From contig JAKUUL010000001.1 of assembly GCA_022447025.1 (NCBI GenBank), positions 17,515 to 81,514 of the forward strand: 64,000 nucleotides of DNA, written 5' to 3'. This document shows positions 18,431-29,164 of this stretch, one piece after another (position 1 is the first letter of the stretch; each line of letters opens with the position of its first letter). The notes beneath the pieces are model-generated. The model made no database searches and was not told where the DNA came from. It saw nothing but the letters and a program-made list of their open reading frames with translations. The translations under genes were made by a program, and so were the position numbers. Origin of the DNA: SAR86 cluster bacterium. Its GTDB lineage: Bacteria > Pseudomonadota > Gammaproteobacteria > Magnimaribacterales > Magnimaribacteraceae.

Positions 18431-19996
18431 ATGGCAGAAACTACTGCACCCATACAAAGAGCCCTAATTAGTGTTTCCAACAAATCCGGATTGGTAGAAT
18501 TCTGTCGATCTCTTACAGAAGAGTTCAATGTTGAAATTATTTCAACTGGCGGAACTTTAAAAGCCTTAGAAGAGGCTAGTATTAGTGCTGTAGAAATCAG
18601 CCAATTTACAAACTTTCCTGAAATGATGGATGGCCGAGTAAAAACCCTTCATCCTAAAGTGCATGGTGGAATCTTGGCTCGTAGAGAGCAGGATCAAGGA
18701 ATCATGAAAGAAAATAATATTTTGGCTATAGATTTAGTGGTAGTAAATCTCTACCCATTTAAGGAAACCATTTCCAAACCAGATGTTTCTCTAGAAGAAG
18801 CAATCGAAAATATAGATATAGGTGGACCCAGCATGGTTCGATCAGCAGCGAAAAATAATAAATACGTAGGAGTAGTCGTAGAACCAGAAGACTACCCACT
18901 TATCCTTAAAGAGATGAAGAGTAATAGAGGTTCTCTTTCTCAAGAGATGCGGAGCTCTTTAGCCACTAAAGCATTCAATCATACTGCCAATTACGATACA
19001 GTGATTTCAGGTTATTTATCTTCACTAACTGAACAGGACTTTCCTAATCGTATTTTTGCTAAATTTCAAAAGAAAGAAGTTATGCGATATGGGGAAAACC
19101 CACATCAGAAAGCAGCCTTTTATGTTGATGAGACCAAACAAGGTAATGGTTTAGGTAACGCCATCCAGCTTCAAGGTAAGCAACTTTCATATAACAATAT
19201 TGCAGATACCGATGCTGCCCTTGAATGTGTTAAGAGTTTTGAAGAACCGACTTGTGTAATTATTAAACATGCCAATCCGTGTGGTGTGGCCACTGATGTT
19301 GATATTACCGAAGCCTATAAAAAAGCTTTCGATGCTGATTCAACATCAGCTTTTGGAGGGATCATTGCATTAAATCGAAAGTTGGAAGAAAAAACTGCCC
19401 AGCAAATAATTGATAATCAATTTGTTGAAGTGATTATTGCTCCGGGAGTTTCCTCTTCAGCTCAAAAAATTCTAAACACTAAAGAAAATATAAGAGTCCT
19501 AGAAATGGAAAGTATGGATAAGCTTTCATCTGGTTTTAAGTTTCTAAGTGTGACTGATGGGCTTCTGATTCAAGAAATAGATAATGGCTCTATCTCAGCT
19601 AAAGATTTAAAAATAGTATCCTCTCGAGAACCGACTGAGGAGGAAGTTCAAGATTGTTTGTTTGCTTGGAAGGTTTGTAAGTTTGTAAAATCTAATGCCA
19701 TTGTTTATGCAAAAAATAATCAAACCGTGGGTGTAGGAGCAGGACAAATGAGCCGCATAGATAGCGCTCAAATAGCAGCTTCGAAAGCAGAAGAAAGTGG
19801 ATTTAAAACTAAAGGGTGTGCAATGGCTTCCGATGCCTTTTTCCCATTCAGAGATGGAATTGATGTGGCAGCATCCATGGGTATAAGTTCAATTATTCAA
19901 CCAGGAGGATCTATCAGAGATGATGAAATCATTGAAGCAGCCAATGAAGCTAATATGGCAATGATTTTTACTGGGATGAGGCATTTTCGTCACTAA
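18431..19996 (+). CDS. purH: bifunctional AICAR transformylase / IMP cyclohydrolase
   Basis: 521 aa. [22 protein letters not shown]-terminal GMRHFRH. Confidence 0.98.
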   Translation: MAETTAPIQRALISVSNKSGLVEFCRSLTEEFNVEIISTGGTLKALEEASISAVEISQFTNFPEMMDGRVKTLHPKVHGGILARREQDQGIMKENNILAIDLVVVNLYPFKETISKPDVSLEEAIENIDIGGPSMVRSAAKNNKYVGVVVEPEDYPLILKEMKSNRGSLSQEMRSSLATKAFNHTANYDTVISGYLSSLTEQDFPNRIFAKFQKKEVMRYGENPHQKAAFYVDETKQGNGLGNAIQLQGKQLSYNNIADTDAALECVKSFEEPTCVIIKHANPCGVATDVDITEAYKKAFDADSTSAFGGIIALNRKLEEKTAQQIIDNQFVEVIIAPGVSSSAQKILNTKENIRVLEMESMDKLSSGFKFLSVTDGLLIQEIDNGSISAKDLKIVSSREPTEEEVQDCLFAWKVCKFVKSNAIVYAKNNQTVGVGAGQMSRIDSAQIAASKAEESGFKTKGCAMASDAFFPFRDGIDVAASMGISSIIQPGGSIRDDEIIEAANEANMAMIFTGMRHFRH

Positions 19997-19998
19997 CC

Positions 19999-21279
19999 AT
20001 GAAGGTCTTAATTGTCGGCAGTGGAGGAAGAGAACACGCACTGGCATGGAAAGCAAAGCTCAGTCAATTAGTTGATGGCGTTTACGTAGCTCCCGGTAAC
20101 GGAGGTACAGCAAATGAAGCTGGTGTTACCAATGTGGAAATTGCAGCTGACGATATAGATGGACTTACAAATTTTGCTCAAGTTAATGAAATAGATCTAA
20201 CTATCGTAGGTCCTGAGGTTCCACTTGTAGAAGGCATAACCGATAAATTTGAATCGCTAAATCTAAATTGCTTTGGTCCTTCTAAGAAGGCTGCTCAGTT
20301 AGAAGGGTCAAAAGAATTTATGAAAGATTTCCTGACAAGACATGAAATACCAACGGCAATCTACGAATCCTTTACTGATCTAGAAACAGCTTTAGAATAT
20401 TTAAAAAATTCATCAATCCCCATTGTTATCAAAGCCGATGGGCTAGCAGCAGGAAAAGGCGTAACGGTGGCACAAAGTTATAGCGAGGCAGAAAAGGCCA
20501 TTAGGGCTTGTCTCGAAAATAATACCTTTGGTGATGCGGGCAATAAAGTAGTAGTTGAAGAATTTCTCGAAGGCGAGGAAGCAAGCTTTATAGTTTTGAC
20601 CGACGGGAAGACTGTTCTTCCTTTAGCTTCTTCTCAGGATCATAAGACCAGAGACAATGAAGATAAGGGCCCAAACACAGGGGGTATGGGAGCTTACTCA
20701 CCAGCTCCTGTTGTAACAAATGAAATGCATGAAAAGATCATGCGTGAAGTCATAACCCCGACCATTGAGGGTCTGACTAAGGAAGGAATAAATTATTGTG
20801 GTTTTCTTTATGCAGGAGTAATGATAGATAACCAGCAGAACATAAAGGTGTTGGAATTTAACTGCCGGTTCGGAGATCCAGAAACACAACCAATTTTAAT
20901 GAGATTGGAATCTGATCTTGTTGAGCTATGTTTCCAAGCGAGCAAAAGAGAATTACAACAAATAGAACTGCAATGGAATCCGAAAGTTTCTCTGGGTGTA
21001 GTTATGGCTGCCGGTGGGTATCCTTATGAATACGAAAAAGGAAATACCATTGAAGGCCTGCCTCTTGAGACTGCAAACCTTAAGGTATTCCATGCTGGTA
21101 CGAAGGCTAAGAACGATCTCATAGAAACTAATGGAGGGAGAGTGCTCTGTGTAACTGCGTTAGGAAAAAACACTACAGAAGCACAACTTAATGCTTATAA
21201 TTGCGTCGAACAAATTAAGTGGAAGGATTGTTTTTACAGAACAGATATAGGTTACCGGGCTATAGAGAGAGAATCATGA
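19999..21279 (+). CDS. purD: phosphoribosylamine-glycine ligase
   Basis: 426 aa. MKVLIVGSGGREHALAWK, ATP-grasp core, RFGDPETQ. Confidence 0.98.
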   Translation: MKVLIVGSGGREHALAWKAKLSQLVDGVYVAPGNGGTANEAGVTNVEIAADDIDGLTNFAQVNEIDLTIVGPEVPLVEGITDKFESLNLNCFGPSKKAAQLEGSKEFMKDFLTRHEIPTAIYESFTDLETALEYLKNSSIPIVIKADGLAAGKGVTVAQSYSEAEKAIRACLENNTFGDAGNKVVVEEFLEGEEASFIVLTDGKTVLPLASSQDHKTRDNEDKGPNTGGMGAYSPAPVVTNEMHEKIMREVITPTIEGLTKEGINYCGFLYAGVMIDNQQNIKVLEFNCRFGDPETQPILMRLESDLVELCFQASKRELQQIELQWNPKVSLGVVMAAGGYPYEYEKGNTIEGLPLETANLKVFHAGTKAKNDLIETNGGRVLCVTALGKNTTEAQLNAYNCVEQIKWKDCFYRTDIGYRAIERES

Positions 21280-21908
21280 AGAGTTTTTTAGATGACTTAA
21301 TTATTGAATTAGATAAAGGAATCAAATCGTCTTTCTCAAATGTACAGGAACATCAAAGGAATTACCCAGCTGAATCCACGCAAGAAGTTGAACTCAATGA
21401 ATTTGAAAAAAATCACTCTGCTGGCCTAATGAGAGTTAATCATTCAGGAGAGGTATGTGCTCAGGCCCTCTACCTTGGTCAAAGTTTAACAGCTGAATTT
21501 AAAGAAACTCGGGATCAAATGAAGCAGGCAGCTGAGGAAGAGATGGACCACCTAGCCTGGTGTAATAGACGCCTTGATGAATTAGGGGACAGTCCTAGTG
21601 TTCTCAACCCTTTTTGGTACTTTATGTCATTCTCAATAGGTGCGCTAACTGGCCTTGCTGGAGATAAATGGAGTTTAGGTTTTGTGGAAGAGACAGAAAA
21701 ACAGGTGGTGAGTCATTTAGATTCTCATCTTGATAAGGTCTCAGACAAAGACATCAAAACAAAAACCGTCATAAGAAAAATGCGAGAAGATGAAGATAGT
21801 CATGCAAAACAAGCAAAAGAATCTGGAGCAAGTGAATTACCAGATGAAGTTAAAACTGGAATGTCTTGGATAGCTAGAGTAATGACATCTACAAGCTATT
21901 ACATCTAA
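21276..21908 (+). CDS. coq7: demethoxyubiquinone hydroxylase (Coq7 family di-iron monooxygenase)
   Basis: ORF track starts at 21219. I prefer ATG 21276 (MKSFLDDLI), which overlaps the purD stop as ATGA. Ferritin-like ExxH motifs (EEEMDHL, EDEDSHA). Confidence 0.85.
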   Translation: MKSFLDDLIIELDKGIKSSFSNVQEHQRNYPAESTQEVELNEFEKNHSAGLMRVNHSGEVCAQALYLGQSLTAEFKETRDQMKQAAEEEMDHLAWCNRRLDELGDSPSVLNPFWYFMSFSIGALTGLAGDKWSLGFVEETEKQVVSHLDSHLDKVSDKDIKTKTVIRKMREDEDSHAKQAKESGASELPDEVKTGMSWIARVMTSTSYYI

Positions 21909-21931
21909 TTGTGAAATTTAAATTAAATTTA

Positions 21932-21959
21932 TTGCTAAATTGTTTTACATAAGTATAGT
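21932..21959 (+). promoter_or_regulatory. candidate sigma-70 promoter of the RRM-protein gene (TTGCTA-N16-TATAGT)
   Basis: aTTGCTAaattgttttacataagTATAGTg, about 45 nt upstream of ATG 22004. The leader contains a small hairpin GCAGTatcACTGC (21967-21979). Confidence 0.45.
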
Positions 21960-22003
21960 GCGTCTCGCAGTATCACTGCATTCGTTTAATTAGGAAAAAA
22001 TAT

Positions 22004-22249
22004 ATGAATTTGTACGTAGGAAATCTTCCGTGGAGTTGCACGGAGGAAGAGCTGGAAGCTCATTTTTCACAAGCCGGTCCTGTTAAGGCCGTTAGAATAA
22101 TTACTGAAGGTAGATCAGGCCGCTCAAAAGGGTTTGGTTTCGTCGAAATGGAATCCTCTGATGGAGGACAATCCGCAATAGACACTCTTAACGGTAAAGA
22201 TTTCGGTGGAAGAGAGCTAAGAGTGGATACGGCTACTGAAAGAAGTTAA
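22004..22249 (+). CDS. RRM-type (RNP-1/RNP-2) single-domain RNA-binding protein
   Basis: 81 aa. RNP-2 LYVGNL and RNP-1 KGFGFVEM. Confidence 0.9.
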   Translation: MNLYVGNLPWSCTEEELEAHFSQAGPVKAVRIITEGRSGRSKGFGFVEMESSDGGQSAIDTLNGKDFGGRELRVDTATERS

Positions 22250-22261
22250 TAAATCTTCTTT
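22239..22261. terminator. weak AT-rich hairpin between convergent genes (possible bidirectional terminator)
   Basis: AAAGAAG-ttaataaat-CTTCTTT overlapping the RRM gene stop. 7-bp AT-rich stem with no clean U-tract beyond the stem. Confidence 0.25.
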
Positions 22262-22275
22262 TACGGATTAAAGTC

Positions 22276-22596
22276 TCACTCCTCTTCGATCACAACAGCA
22301 GTCCCTAGAACCAATAACTCAGCGGCTCCTTGTGAGATCACTGATGTGGTTGTAGAAACGCTTATTATGGCATTGGCTCCAAGTTGCTCTGCATCTTGGA
22401 CCATGCGATCTATGGCCTGCTCCCTACTCTCTGCCATAAGTTTTGTATATTCCTGAATTTCTCCTCCAACAATATTCTTGAATACAGCCAGAATATCTTT
22501 ACCGATATGCCTTGCTCTTATTGTGTTGCCTTTTACTAAACCTAAGGTCTTAACTATTTTTTTTCCTGGTATATCAGGACTCGATACAACTAACAT
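22276..22596 (-). CDS. YbjQ/UPF0145-family protein
   Basis: 106 aa. Typical pattern GNTIRARHIGKD..GGEI.EY and ANAII....T. Confidence 0.8.
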   Translation of the reverse strand: MLVVSSPDIPGKKIVKTLGLVKGNTIRARHIGKDILAVFKNIVGGEIQEYTKLMAESREQAIDRMVQDAEQLGANAIISVSTTTSVISQGAAELLVLGTAVVIEEE

Positions 22597-22598
22597 AT

Positions 22599-22808
22599 CT
22601 ATATCTCCACATCTTTATAGGGATCATCCTTAGATTCTTTATAGCGTTGCCTGATTGCTGAAACAAGTAAAATTAATATTCCTATCCAAAGAACTAAAAT
22701 TGATATTGTGAACACTAAAGACTCTGATTCGAGAATCCCTCTATAGATCCCAAATGCTGTTAAAAGCAGCCAGCCACTGATCAGGGCAACAATTCCTAAA
22801 TTTTTCAC
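22599..22808 (-). CDS. 69-aa two-helix membrane protein, unknown function
   Basis: Two hydrophobic helices (LGIVALISGWLLLTAFGI, VFTISILVLWIGILILLVSAI). 12 nt after trpC and 2 nt before the ybjQ-like gene. Confidence 0.45.
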   Translation of the reverse strand: MKNLGIVALISGWLLLTAFGIYRGILESESLVFTISILVLWIGILILLVSAIRQRYKESKDDPYKDVEI

Positions 22809-22820
22809 ACTTGAGATTAT

Positions 22821-23615
22821 CTAGATAAAAAAGAGATTCTTCAACTCTTTACCAGGGTCTTCTGCTCTCATAAATACCTCACCAACCAGGAATGCGTTAA
22901 CACCTGATGACATTATTTTTTTAACGTCTTTAGAAGATTTGATACCACTTTCTGACACAGTAAGAATTTCTTTAGGTATTTCTTCAACCAATCTTTCAGT
23001 TGTTTCTAAATTAACTTCGAATGTTTCAAGATCCCGGTTATTTATTCCGATCAAGTTAGGCCTGATTTCTAAGGCTCTTTCTACCTCCTCTTCATCATGA
23101 ACTTCAACTAAAACTTCGAGATTAAGATCTGAAGCTAAGTGACTAAACTCTTGAAGTTGATTTTTTGATAAAGCAGCTACAATTAATAATATGCAATCTG
23201 CCCCTTTGAGCAGACTCTCATAAATCTGATATTCATCCACAATAAAATCTTTTCTTAATACAGGTAGATCAACAGCCTCTTTTACTAATGAGATATGCTC
23301 TAAAGAACCTTTAAAAAAAGGTTCATCCGTTAGGACACTTAAACAAGCAGCCTCAGCTTCAAGATATTGCTTAGCTAACTCTGAGGGGTCATAGTTTTCT
23401 CTTATAAGTCCTTGGCTTGGAGAAGCTTTCTTCATTTCAGCTATAACTGCTACCCTATGAGATTCTATTGAGGCCTTCAGAGATTTTATAAAACTTTCTT
23501 TAGATAAAAAATTTTCAGATGAGGTAGAAGTCTCAATTAATGGAAACCTCTTTTTTTTCTCTTCAACAGAAGCCTTTGTGACTTTTAATATCTCATTTAA
23601 GTAAGTGTTTTTCAT
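22821..23615 (-). CDS. trpC: indole-3-glycerol-phosphate synthase
   Basis: 264 aa. IAEMKKASPSQG, GINNRDL. Confidence 0.95.
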   Translation of the reverse strand: MKNTYLNEILKVTKASVEEKKKRFPLIETSTSSENFLSKESFIKSLKASIESHRVAVIAEMKKASPSQGLIRENYDPSELAKQYLEAEAACLSVLTDEPFFKGSLEHISLVKEAVDLPVLRKDFIVDEYQIYESLLKGADCILLIVAALSKNQLQEFSHLASDLNLEVLVEVHDEEEVERALEIRPNLIGINNRDLETFEVNLETTERLVEEIPKEILTVSESGIKSSKDVKKIMSSGVNAFLVGEVFMRAEDPGKELKNLFFI

Positions 23616-24640
23616 TTATCCTTTTTTAAAGACTTACTGTATTCAACAAGTTCCTCAAGTTTTTCTATACCACTCCCTTCACTAATGCTTTGTAAAGACA
23701 TATCAATTCCCTCTTTCAAAGTTCCAGCTAAACCCGCTACATAAAGAGCTGCTCCAGAAGTCATGGCTACCATTTGGGCTGCTGCCTGATTTTCTCCTCT
23801 TAAAGCTTCCTTAGCAATCCGTAAGCTTTCTTCGGGTGAGTCTGCAGTGAGATTTTCAATCGGTAATATCTTTAGTTCAAAATCATCAGGTGAAATGGAA
23901 TATTCTTTAATTTCTCCATTTCGTAACTCTGCTACATAGGTTGAGGTGGCGGAACTAAATTCATCTAGACCATCTTCTGAATGTAAAACCAATACATTCT
24001 CGCTGCCCAGTCCTTTCAATACTTCGGCTAAGGGCCTAACCCATTTATAGTCAAAAACTCCCAACACTTGATTTAAAGCTCCAGCAGGATTCGTCAGTGG
24101 GCCTAATAGGTTAAATATAGTTTTTATTCCAAGCTCTTTTCTGGGGCCAATTGCATATTTCATTGCGCTATGGTGAGCAGGTGCAAACATAAATCCTAAA
24201 CCCACATTTTCAATGCAATCCTTTACTTGTTCAGGATTAAGATCTAAAGATACTCCAGCAACTTCTAAAAGATCTGCACTGCCACTCTTTCTGGTAGCAC
24301 TACGATTTCCATGTTTTGCAACTTTTGCTCCACAAGAACTCGCTACAAATGCTGCCGTTGTTGATACATTAAAAATACCTGATCCTACACCACCAGTTCC
24401 ACAAGTATCTACAAGATGCTTTGTGTTAACAGATACTTTTGTTGATAGTGATCGCATGACTTCTGCAGATCCAATGACCTCTTCTATAGATTCTCCTTTA
24501 GAACTTAGAGAAAATAAGAAAGTTTTTATCTGATCTTCCGAGACTGATCCCGTTAAAATTTGATTCATAACTAAAGAAATCTCTTCTCTAGACAAGTCTT
24601 GTCCAGAATTAATTTTTCTTATACTTTCTTCAATTTCCAT
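23612..24640 (-). CDS. trpD: anthranilate phosphoribosyltransferase
   Basis: 342 aa. DTCGTGG, NVSTTAAFV, KHGNRS. 4-nt overlap with trpC. Confidence 0.96.
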   Translation of the reverse strand: MEIEESIRKINSGQDLSREEISLVMNQILTGSVSEDQIKTFLFSLSSKGESIEEVIGSAEVMRSLSTKVSVNTKHLVDTCGTGGVGSGIFNVSTTAAFVASSCGAKVAKHGNRSATRKSGSADLLEVAGVSLDLNPEQVKDCIENVGLGFMFAPAHHSAMKYAIGPRKELGIKTIFNLLGPLTNPAGALNQVLGVFDYKWVRPLAEVLKGLGSENVLVLHSEDGLDEFSSATSTYVAELRNGEIKEYSISPDDFELKILPIENLTADSPEESLRIAKEALRGENQAAAQMVAMTSGAALYVAGLAGTLKEGIDMSLQSISEGSGIEKLEELVEYSKSLKKDK

Positions 24641-24646
24641 AAATAA

Positions 24647-25210
24647 TTAGTAATTTAAAAAGTTTTTTAATATTTCCATTCCTTGCTCAGTTGCAATTGA
24701 TTCAGGATGAAATTGCAGACCAAATAATGGCAACTTTTCATGCTGAATTGCCATTATCGTTTTATTTTCTGTCCAAGCTCTGATAAGAAATTCTTTTTCT
24801 AGAGTATTTTCTTCAATTATTAATGAATGATATCTCGTGGCTTTAAACGGACTTTCTAAACCTTTAAATAAACCTGATCCATCATGGATTATTTCTGATA
24901 GCTTTCCATGCATAATTTCATCTGCCCTAATTATATTTGCTCCAAAAGCAGCTCCTAAGCACTGATGACCTAAACAGACTCCCAAAATTGGAAGTTTATC
25001 CTTAAATTTTTTTATTAGCTCGACGGAAATTCCAGCTTCTTTTGGTGTGCAAGGCCCTGGAGAGATAACTATATATTCAGGGCTCTTTTTCTCTATATCA
25101 TCTAAAGAAATTAAATCATTACGATGCACTTCAACTTCTTGTCCTAGTTGATTGAAATATTGAACCAAGTTATAAGTGAAAGAGTCGTAGTTATCTATCA
25201 TTAATAACAT
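24647..25210 (-). CDS. trpG: anthranilate synthase component II (glutamine amidotransferase)
   Basis: 187 aa. GVCLGHQ catalytic Cys, LQFHPES. Confidence 0.95.
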   Translation of the reverse strand: MLLMIDNYDSFTYNLVQYFNQLGQEVEVHRNDLISLDDIEKKSPEYIVISPGPCTPKEAGISVELIKKFKDKLPILGVCLGHQCLGAAFGANIIRADEIMHGKLSEIIHDGSGLFKGLESPFKATRYHSLIIEENTLEKEFLIRAWTENKTIMAIQHEKLPLFGLQFHPESIATEQGMEILKNFLNY

Positions 25211-25213
25211 AAG

Positions 25214-26659
25214 CTAACCTTTTAACTTTTGCTGAACCATTTCAACGGCTTTGAAAATTGCTCTACCTTTATTTAAGGACTCTTTCCACTCTAGTTCAGG
25301 ATCTGAATCTGCAACGAAACCTCCTCCTGCTTGAATATATAAAACTTCATCTTTAATTATTGCTGTCCTAATTGTTATTGCCATATCCATATTTCCTTGC
25401 CAAGAGAAATAACCAATTGCACCGCCATAGATACCTCTTTTAACTGGTTCAAATTCATTTATTATCTCCATTGCTCTTATTTTAGGCGCACCAGATAAGG
25501 TTCCTGCAGGAAAGGTTGCCCTGAAAACATCCATCGCCTTTAATCCTTTTCTTAACTTAGCTCTAACGTTGGAAACCATGTGCATTACATGACTATATCT
25601 TTCTACGCTAAACTTCTGCGTTACTTCAACAGTACCTGCTTCAGCAATCCTGCCAATATCATTTCTTCCTAAATCAATTAGCATAAGATGCTCAGCAATT
25701 TCTTTTGGGTCATTAACCAAATCCTTTTCCATTGCTACATCATCCTCCTCATCCTTTCCTCTTCTTCTAGTCCCAGCAAGAGGTCTAACTGTTACTTCTC
25801 CGTCTTCTAGTCTTGCTAGGATTTCAGGCGATGATCCCACTATGTGAAAGTCTTCAAGATTTAAAAAATATAGATACGGAGAAGGGTTTAGATGTCGGAT
25901 GGAGCGATAAAGTTCAACAGGGTCTGAAGTGAAAGGAACAGACATCCTCTGAGAGCAAACGACCTGCATGACATCTCCTGCTTTTATATACTCCTTTATC
26001 TTCTCAACTGATTCTTTAAACTCCTTTTCACCGAATCCTGAAACAAAATCTTTCTCTGTTACTGGACTTTTTATCTCTTCTGAATTGTTCTGGGTTAAAG
26101 GAGTCAGTAATTTATCTGATAGTTCTTTAAGTCTTTCTTTGGCTGTAGAAATATCTGCTTCCGATTCACTTTTAGACAAAACGATGAGATGCAATTTATT
26201 ATTAAGATTATCAAAGACAGCGACCTCCTCTGAAAGCATAAAAAGAGCATCGGGAGTGCCTAAAGGGTCTGGGAGATTTGATTGGGACAATCTAGGTTCA
26301 ATATATCTAATACAGTCATAACCAAGATACCCGACTAACCCACCAGTGAATCCTGGCAGTTCCTCATTAACTTTTACTTTAATATTTTCTTGGTATTCCT
26401 CTAAAAACTTTAAAGGATCTTCCGAAGTTAACTCTTCTATGATCTTGCCATCTTCCCAGATTTGGATTTCATTATTGAATATCTTAATCACTGTTGAGGC
26501 AGGAAGTCCGATTAGAGAATATCTAGCCCACTTCTCCCCTCCTTCAACAGACTCAAATAAATATGAATAAGGTTGGTTTCCTAGCTTCTTGAAAACACTC
26601 AAAGGTGTTTCCATGTCTGCTAAGATCTCAACAGAAATAGGAATTCTTTGCTGGGACAT
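25214..26659 (-). CDS. trpE: anthranilate synthase component I
   Basis: 481 aa. LAGTRRRG, FPAGTLSGAPKIRAMEII, chorismate-binding C-terminal domain. Confidence 0.96.
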   Translation of the reverse strand: MSQQRIPISVEILADMETPLSVFKKLGNQPYSYLFESVEGGEKWARYSLIGLPASTVIKIFNNEIQIWEDGKIIEELTSEDPLKFLEEYQENIKVKVNEELPGFTGGLVGYLGYDCIRYIEPRLSQSNLPDPLGTPDALFMLSEEVAVFDNLNNKLHLIVLSKSESEADISTAKERLKELSDKLLTPLTQNNSEEIKSPVTEKDFVSGFGEKEFKESVEKIKEYIKAGDVMQVVCSQRMSVPFTSDPVELYRSIRHLNPSPYLYFLNLEDFHIVGSSPEILARLEDGEVTVRPLAGTRRRGKDEEDDVAMEKDLVNDPKEIAEHLMLIDLGRNDIGRIAEAGTVEVTQKFSVERYSHVMHMVSNVRAKLRKGLKAMDVFRATFPAGTLSGAPKIRAMEIINEFEPVKRGIYGGAIGYFSWQGNMDMAITIRTAIIKDEVLYIQAGGGFVADSDPELEWKESLNKGRAIFKAVEMVQQKLKG

Positions 26660-26677
26660 GAATTTGTGTTTTAAGAG

Positions 26678-27346
26678 TTAGTTTAATGATTGACGCATTT
26701 TGGAAATGACATCTTGATAACTCTTCTCTCCGAATATTCCGGAACCAGAAACAAATGTATCTGCTCCTGCATTAGCAACTTCAGCAATATTATCCAATTT
26801 AATACCCCCATCAACCTCTAATCTAATGTTTAACTTTTTCTGATCTATGGTCTTTCTCAGGACTGAAATTTTATCCAATACTGAAGGAATAAAATCCTGT
26901 CCCCCAAAACCTGGGTTAACAGACATAAGTAAAACCATGTCTAACCTATCCCAACAACTATCTAGTAAATCTAAAGAGGTTTCTGGATTTAGTACTAAGC
27001 CAGTTTTACAACCAAAGCTTTTAACTAATTCTAGAGATCTATCAACATGATCAGATGCTTCAGGATGAAAAGTTATGAAGGTAGCTCCCGCTTTGGCAAA
27101 ATCTTCAATAAGACTATCAACAGGTTTTACCATCAAATGAACATCTATAGGAGCAGTAACTCCGTAATTCCTTAAAGCCTTACAAACCATGGGGCCAATA
27201 GTCAAATTAGGGACATAGTGATTGTCCATCACATCAAAATGTACCCAGTCTGCACCAGCTTTTAGAACCGCATCAACTTCTTCTCCTAGCCGAGCAAAAT
27301 CAGCTGAAAGTATTGATGGGGCTATGATATCTTCTTGTTTTGCCAT
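26678..27346 (-). CDS. rpe: ribulose-phosphate 3-epimerase
   Basis: 222 aa. [30 protein letters not shown]. Confidence 0.97.
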   Translation of the reverse strand: MAKQEDIIAPSILSADFARLGEEVDAVLKAGADWVHFDVMDNHYVPNLTIGPMVCKALRNYGVTAPIDVHLMVKPVDSLIEDFAKAGATFITFHPEASDHVDRSLELVKSFGCKTGLVLNPETSLDLLDSCWDRLDMVLLMSVNPGFGGQDFIPSVLDKISVLRKTIDQKKLNIRLEVDGGIKLDNIAEVANAGADTFVSGSGIFGEKSYQDVISKMRQSLN

Positions 27347-27372
27347 CTCGTTTATCTCAAGGGCGGCAAAGT

Positions 27373-28041
27373 TTACTCTTCCAATAAGTAAGCGTCTAAT
27401 TTTTCTAAGTCTTCTATTGTATTTATATTAACTAGATAACCTCCATAAACCTCTGCTGACACTTGTCCCTTCTCACTTGCAGGTAAAAGAATTTCCTGCC
27501 ATAAATCATACTTACCTGTCTTCGCGCCTATAAATAACTGAGGGTCAATTAAAGCCAGTCCAGAAAAAGTAAGACTTCTTCCTTTACCTGAAGAATTAAC
27601 CTTACCTTTATCTAAAAACATATCCCCCTCAGGATTCTCTAGTGGATTTTCTATCAAGATTAAATGCGCTAAAGAGCCCTCATTTAATGACAAATTTGAC
27701 AAATCAAAGTCTGTCCAAACATCTCCGCTGATGACTATAAAAGGCTCGTTTCCAATAGAACTTAAAGCATTGCCTATACCTCCGCCTGTACCTAAAAGCT
27801 CTTTTTCGTAAAAGTACTCTATATTTATGCCCCACTTAGAACCATCGCCCAAGAAATTTTCAATTTGCTCTCCTTCATGAAATAAATTAATAATTAGATG
27901 ATCTATCCCCAATGACTTCAGTTTTTCAACATGCCATGAGAGCAAAGGCTTTCCTCCAATATCTATAAGGCATTTTGGTTTACTTGCAGTATGCGGTAAA
28001 AGCCTTCTTCCTAATCCTGCAGCCAATAAAAAGACTTTCAT
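27373..28041 (-). CDS. murU: N-acetylmuramate alpha-1-phosphate uridylyltransferase (MurU-type nucleotidyltransferase)
   Basis: 222 aa. G-loop [10 protein letters not shown]. 4-nt overlap with the upstream kinase gene. The amgK-murU pair lies divergent from lptD, as I recall for Pseudomonas. Confidence 0.8.
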   Translation of the reverse strand: MKVFLLAAGLGRRLLPHTASKPKCLIDIGGKPLLSWHVEKLKSLGIDHLIINLFHEGEQIENFLGDGSKWGINIEYFYEKELLGTGGGIGNALSSIGNEPFIVISGDVWTDFDLSNLSLNEGSLAHLILIENPLENPEGDMFLDKGKVNSSGKGRSLTFSGLALIDPQLFIGAKTGKYDLWQEILLPASEKGQVSAEVYGGYLVNINTIEDLEKLDAYLLEE

Positions 28042-29057
28042 AAATTTTCCTTGAGTGTTCGTGTTAACAAAGGAGCTACCTTTTCTTTTAGATAGTTAGA
28101 AACTTCATTAAGTTCTTCGTATTTAATCGAGGTTTCTATCACAAATTTTAGAGTTTTATGTAAGTCCGGCAATCTAAAAGATTTACCATCCCTTAAATGG
28201 AGTCTCGATAGTGTTCCTAAAATTCTTAATTGTCTTTGAAGACCAGTTAAATCAAATGATTTCTTTGGGTTTTTAATGGCACTTACCTGCGTAAGCCCAA
28301 GTTCATTGGATCTACTTAAGTACTCTTCCAATAAAGCATTTAATTCCTCATCCTTTATTTCCAAGTAAAGATCTTTGAATAGAGCTGCTGGATCAAGAAA
28401 TATAGGACCATAGACAGCATCTTGGAAATCTAATACACCTGCATTACCATCTTGGAGAATCATAAGATTTCTACTTTCAAAATCAAAATGGCACATGACT
28501 TTTGGTTGCTCTTTTAGGTCCTGAACAACAACCTTATAGAGATTAGAAAATAAGTCTGTTTCCTCTCTTCCAAGCTCTAAACCCAGTAAGTCTTTCAGAA
28601 ACCAATCTTCAAATAAAAGCATTTGGTTTCGTAAGTCTATCTCTTCAAGTACAGGAATTTTTTCATCTTTTTGACAAAGCTGAATATTAATCATCTCATC
28701 GATAGCCGCTGAAAAAAGATGATGATAATTTTTCTTATTTAGTTTGAACTGATAGGAATCATCTCCAAAGTCTTCAACCAGCATCCAACCACTTTCTAAA
28801 TCAAAATAGAAAACTTCCGGTACTGTTACACCATTATTTCGGAAAAAATTTGATAAAAAAATAAATTGCTCATTGAGCTCTGTTTCAGGAGGAGAAAAGA
28901 CGCCTATCAGGCTATTCCCTTTTCCTTTGAGTCTAAAATACTCTCGGGTACTTGCTTCTTGTCTAAGGGCCTCGATTTCAAACATTTCAGGTTTACCAGA
29001 ACCTTTCAATTTTTCATTCGACCATTCAAGTAGCCCTTCTTTTAATAAAGACATCAA
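28038..29057 (-). CDS. amgK: anomeric MurNAc/GlcNAc kinase (APH-fold phosphotransferase, AmgK-type)
   Basis: 339 aa. Kinase catalytic loop HFDFESRNLM and LDFQDA. Assignment rests on context with murU and lptD. Confidence 0.75.
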   Translation of the reverse strand: MMSLLKEGLLEWSNEKLKGSGKPEMFEIEALRQEASTREYFRLKGKGNSLIGVFSPPETELNEQFIFLSNFFRNNGVTVPEVFYFDLESGWMLVEDFGDDSYQFKLNKKNYHHLFSAAIDEMINIQLCQKDEKIPVLEEIDLRNQMLLFEDWFLKDLLGLELGREETDLFSNLYKVVVQDLKEQPKVMCHFDFESRNLMILQDGNAGVLDFQDAVYGPIFLDPAALFKDLYLEIKDEELNALLEEYLSRSNELGLTQVSAIKNPKKSFDLTGLQRQLRILGTLSRLHLRDGKSFRLPDLHKTLKFVIETSIKYEELNEVSNYLKEKVAPLLTRTLKENL

Positions 29058-29164
29058 CTCTTTCTCAGATTAATTTATTTTAGCTCTTGATTATAACCAA
29101 GTCTTAGTTAGTTAAAGAAATAAGCCCCTGAACCTTTCCTTGTCTTTATAATCTAACGACATCT

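Noticed and set aside
21219-21275. Upstream extension of the coq7 ORF inside purD
   Set aside because: ATG 21276 gives an ATGA junction with the purD stop and a typical Coq7 length. The extension would be translated from the purD 3' coding region in another frame.
26660-26677. Looked for a trp leader peptide or attenuator upstream of trpE
   Set aside because: Only 18 nt separate the rpe stop from the trpE start, which leaves no room for a leader ORF or alternative hairpins. trpE appears simply co-transcribed with rpe.
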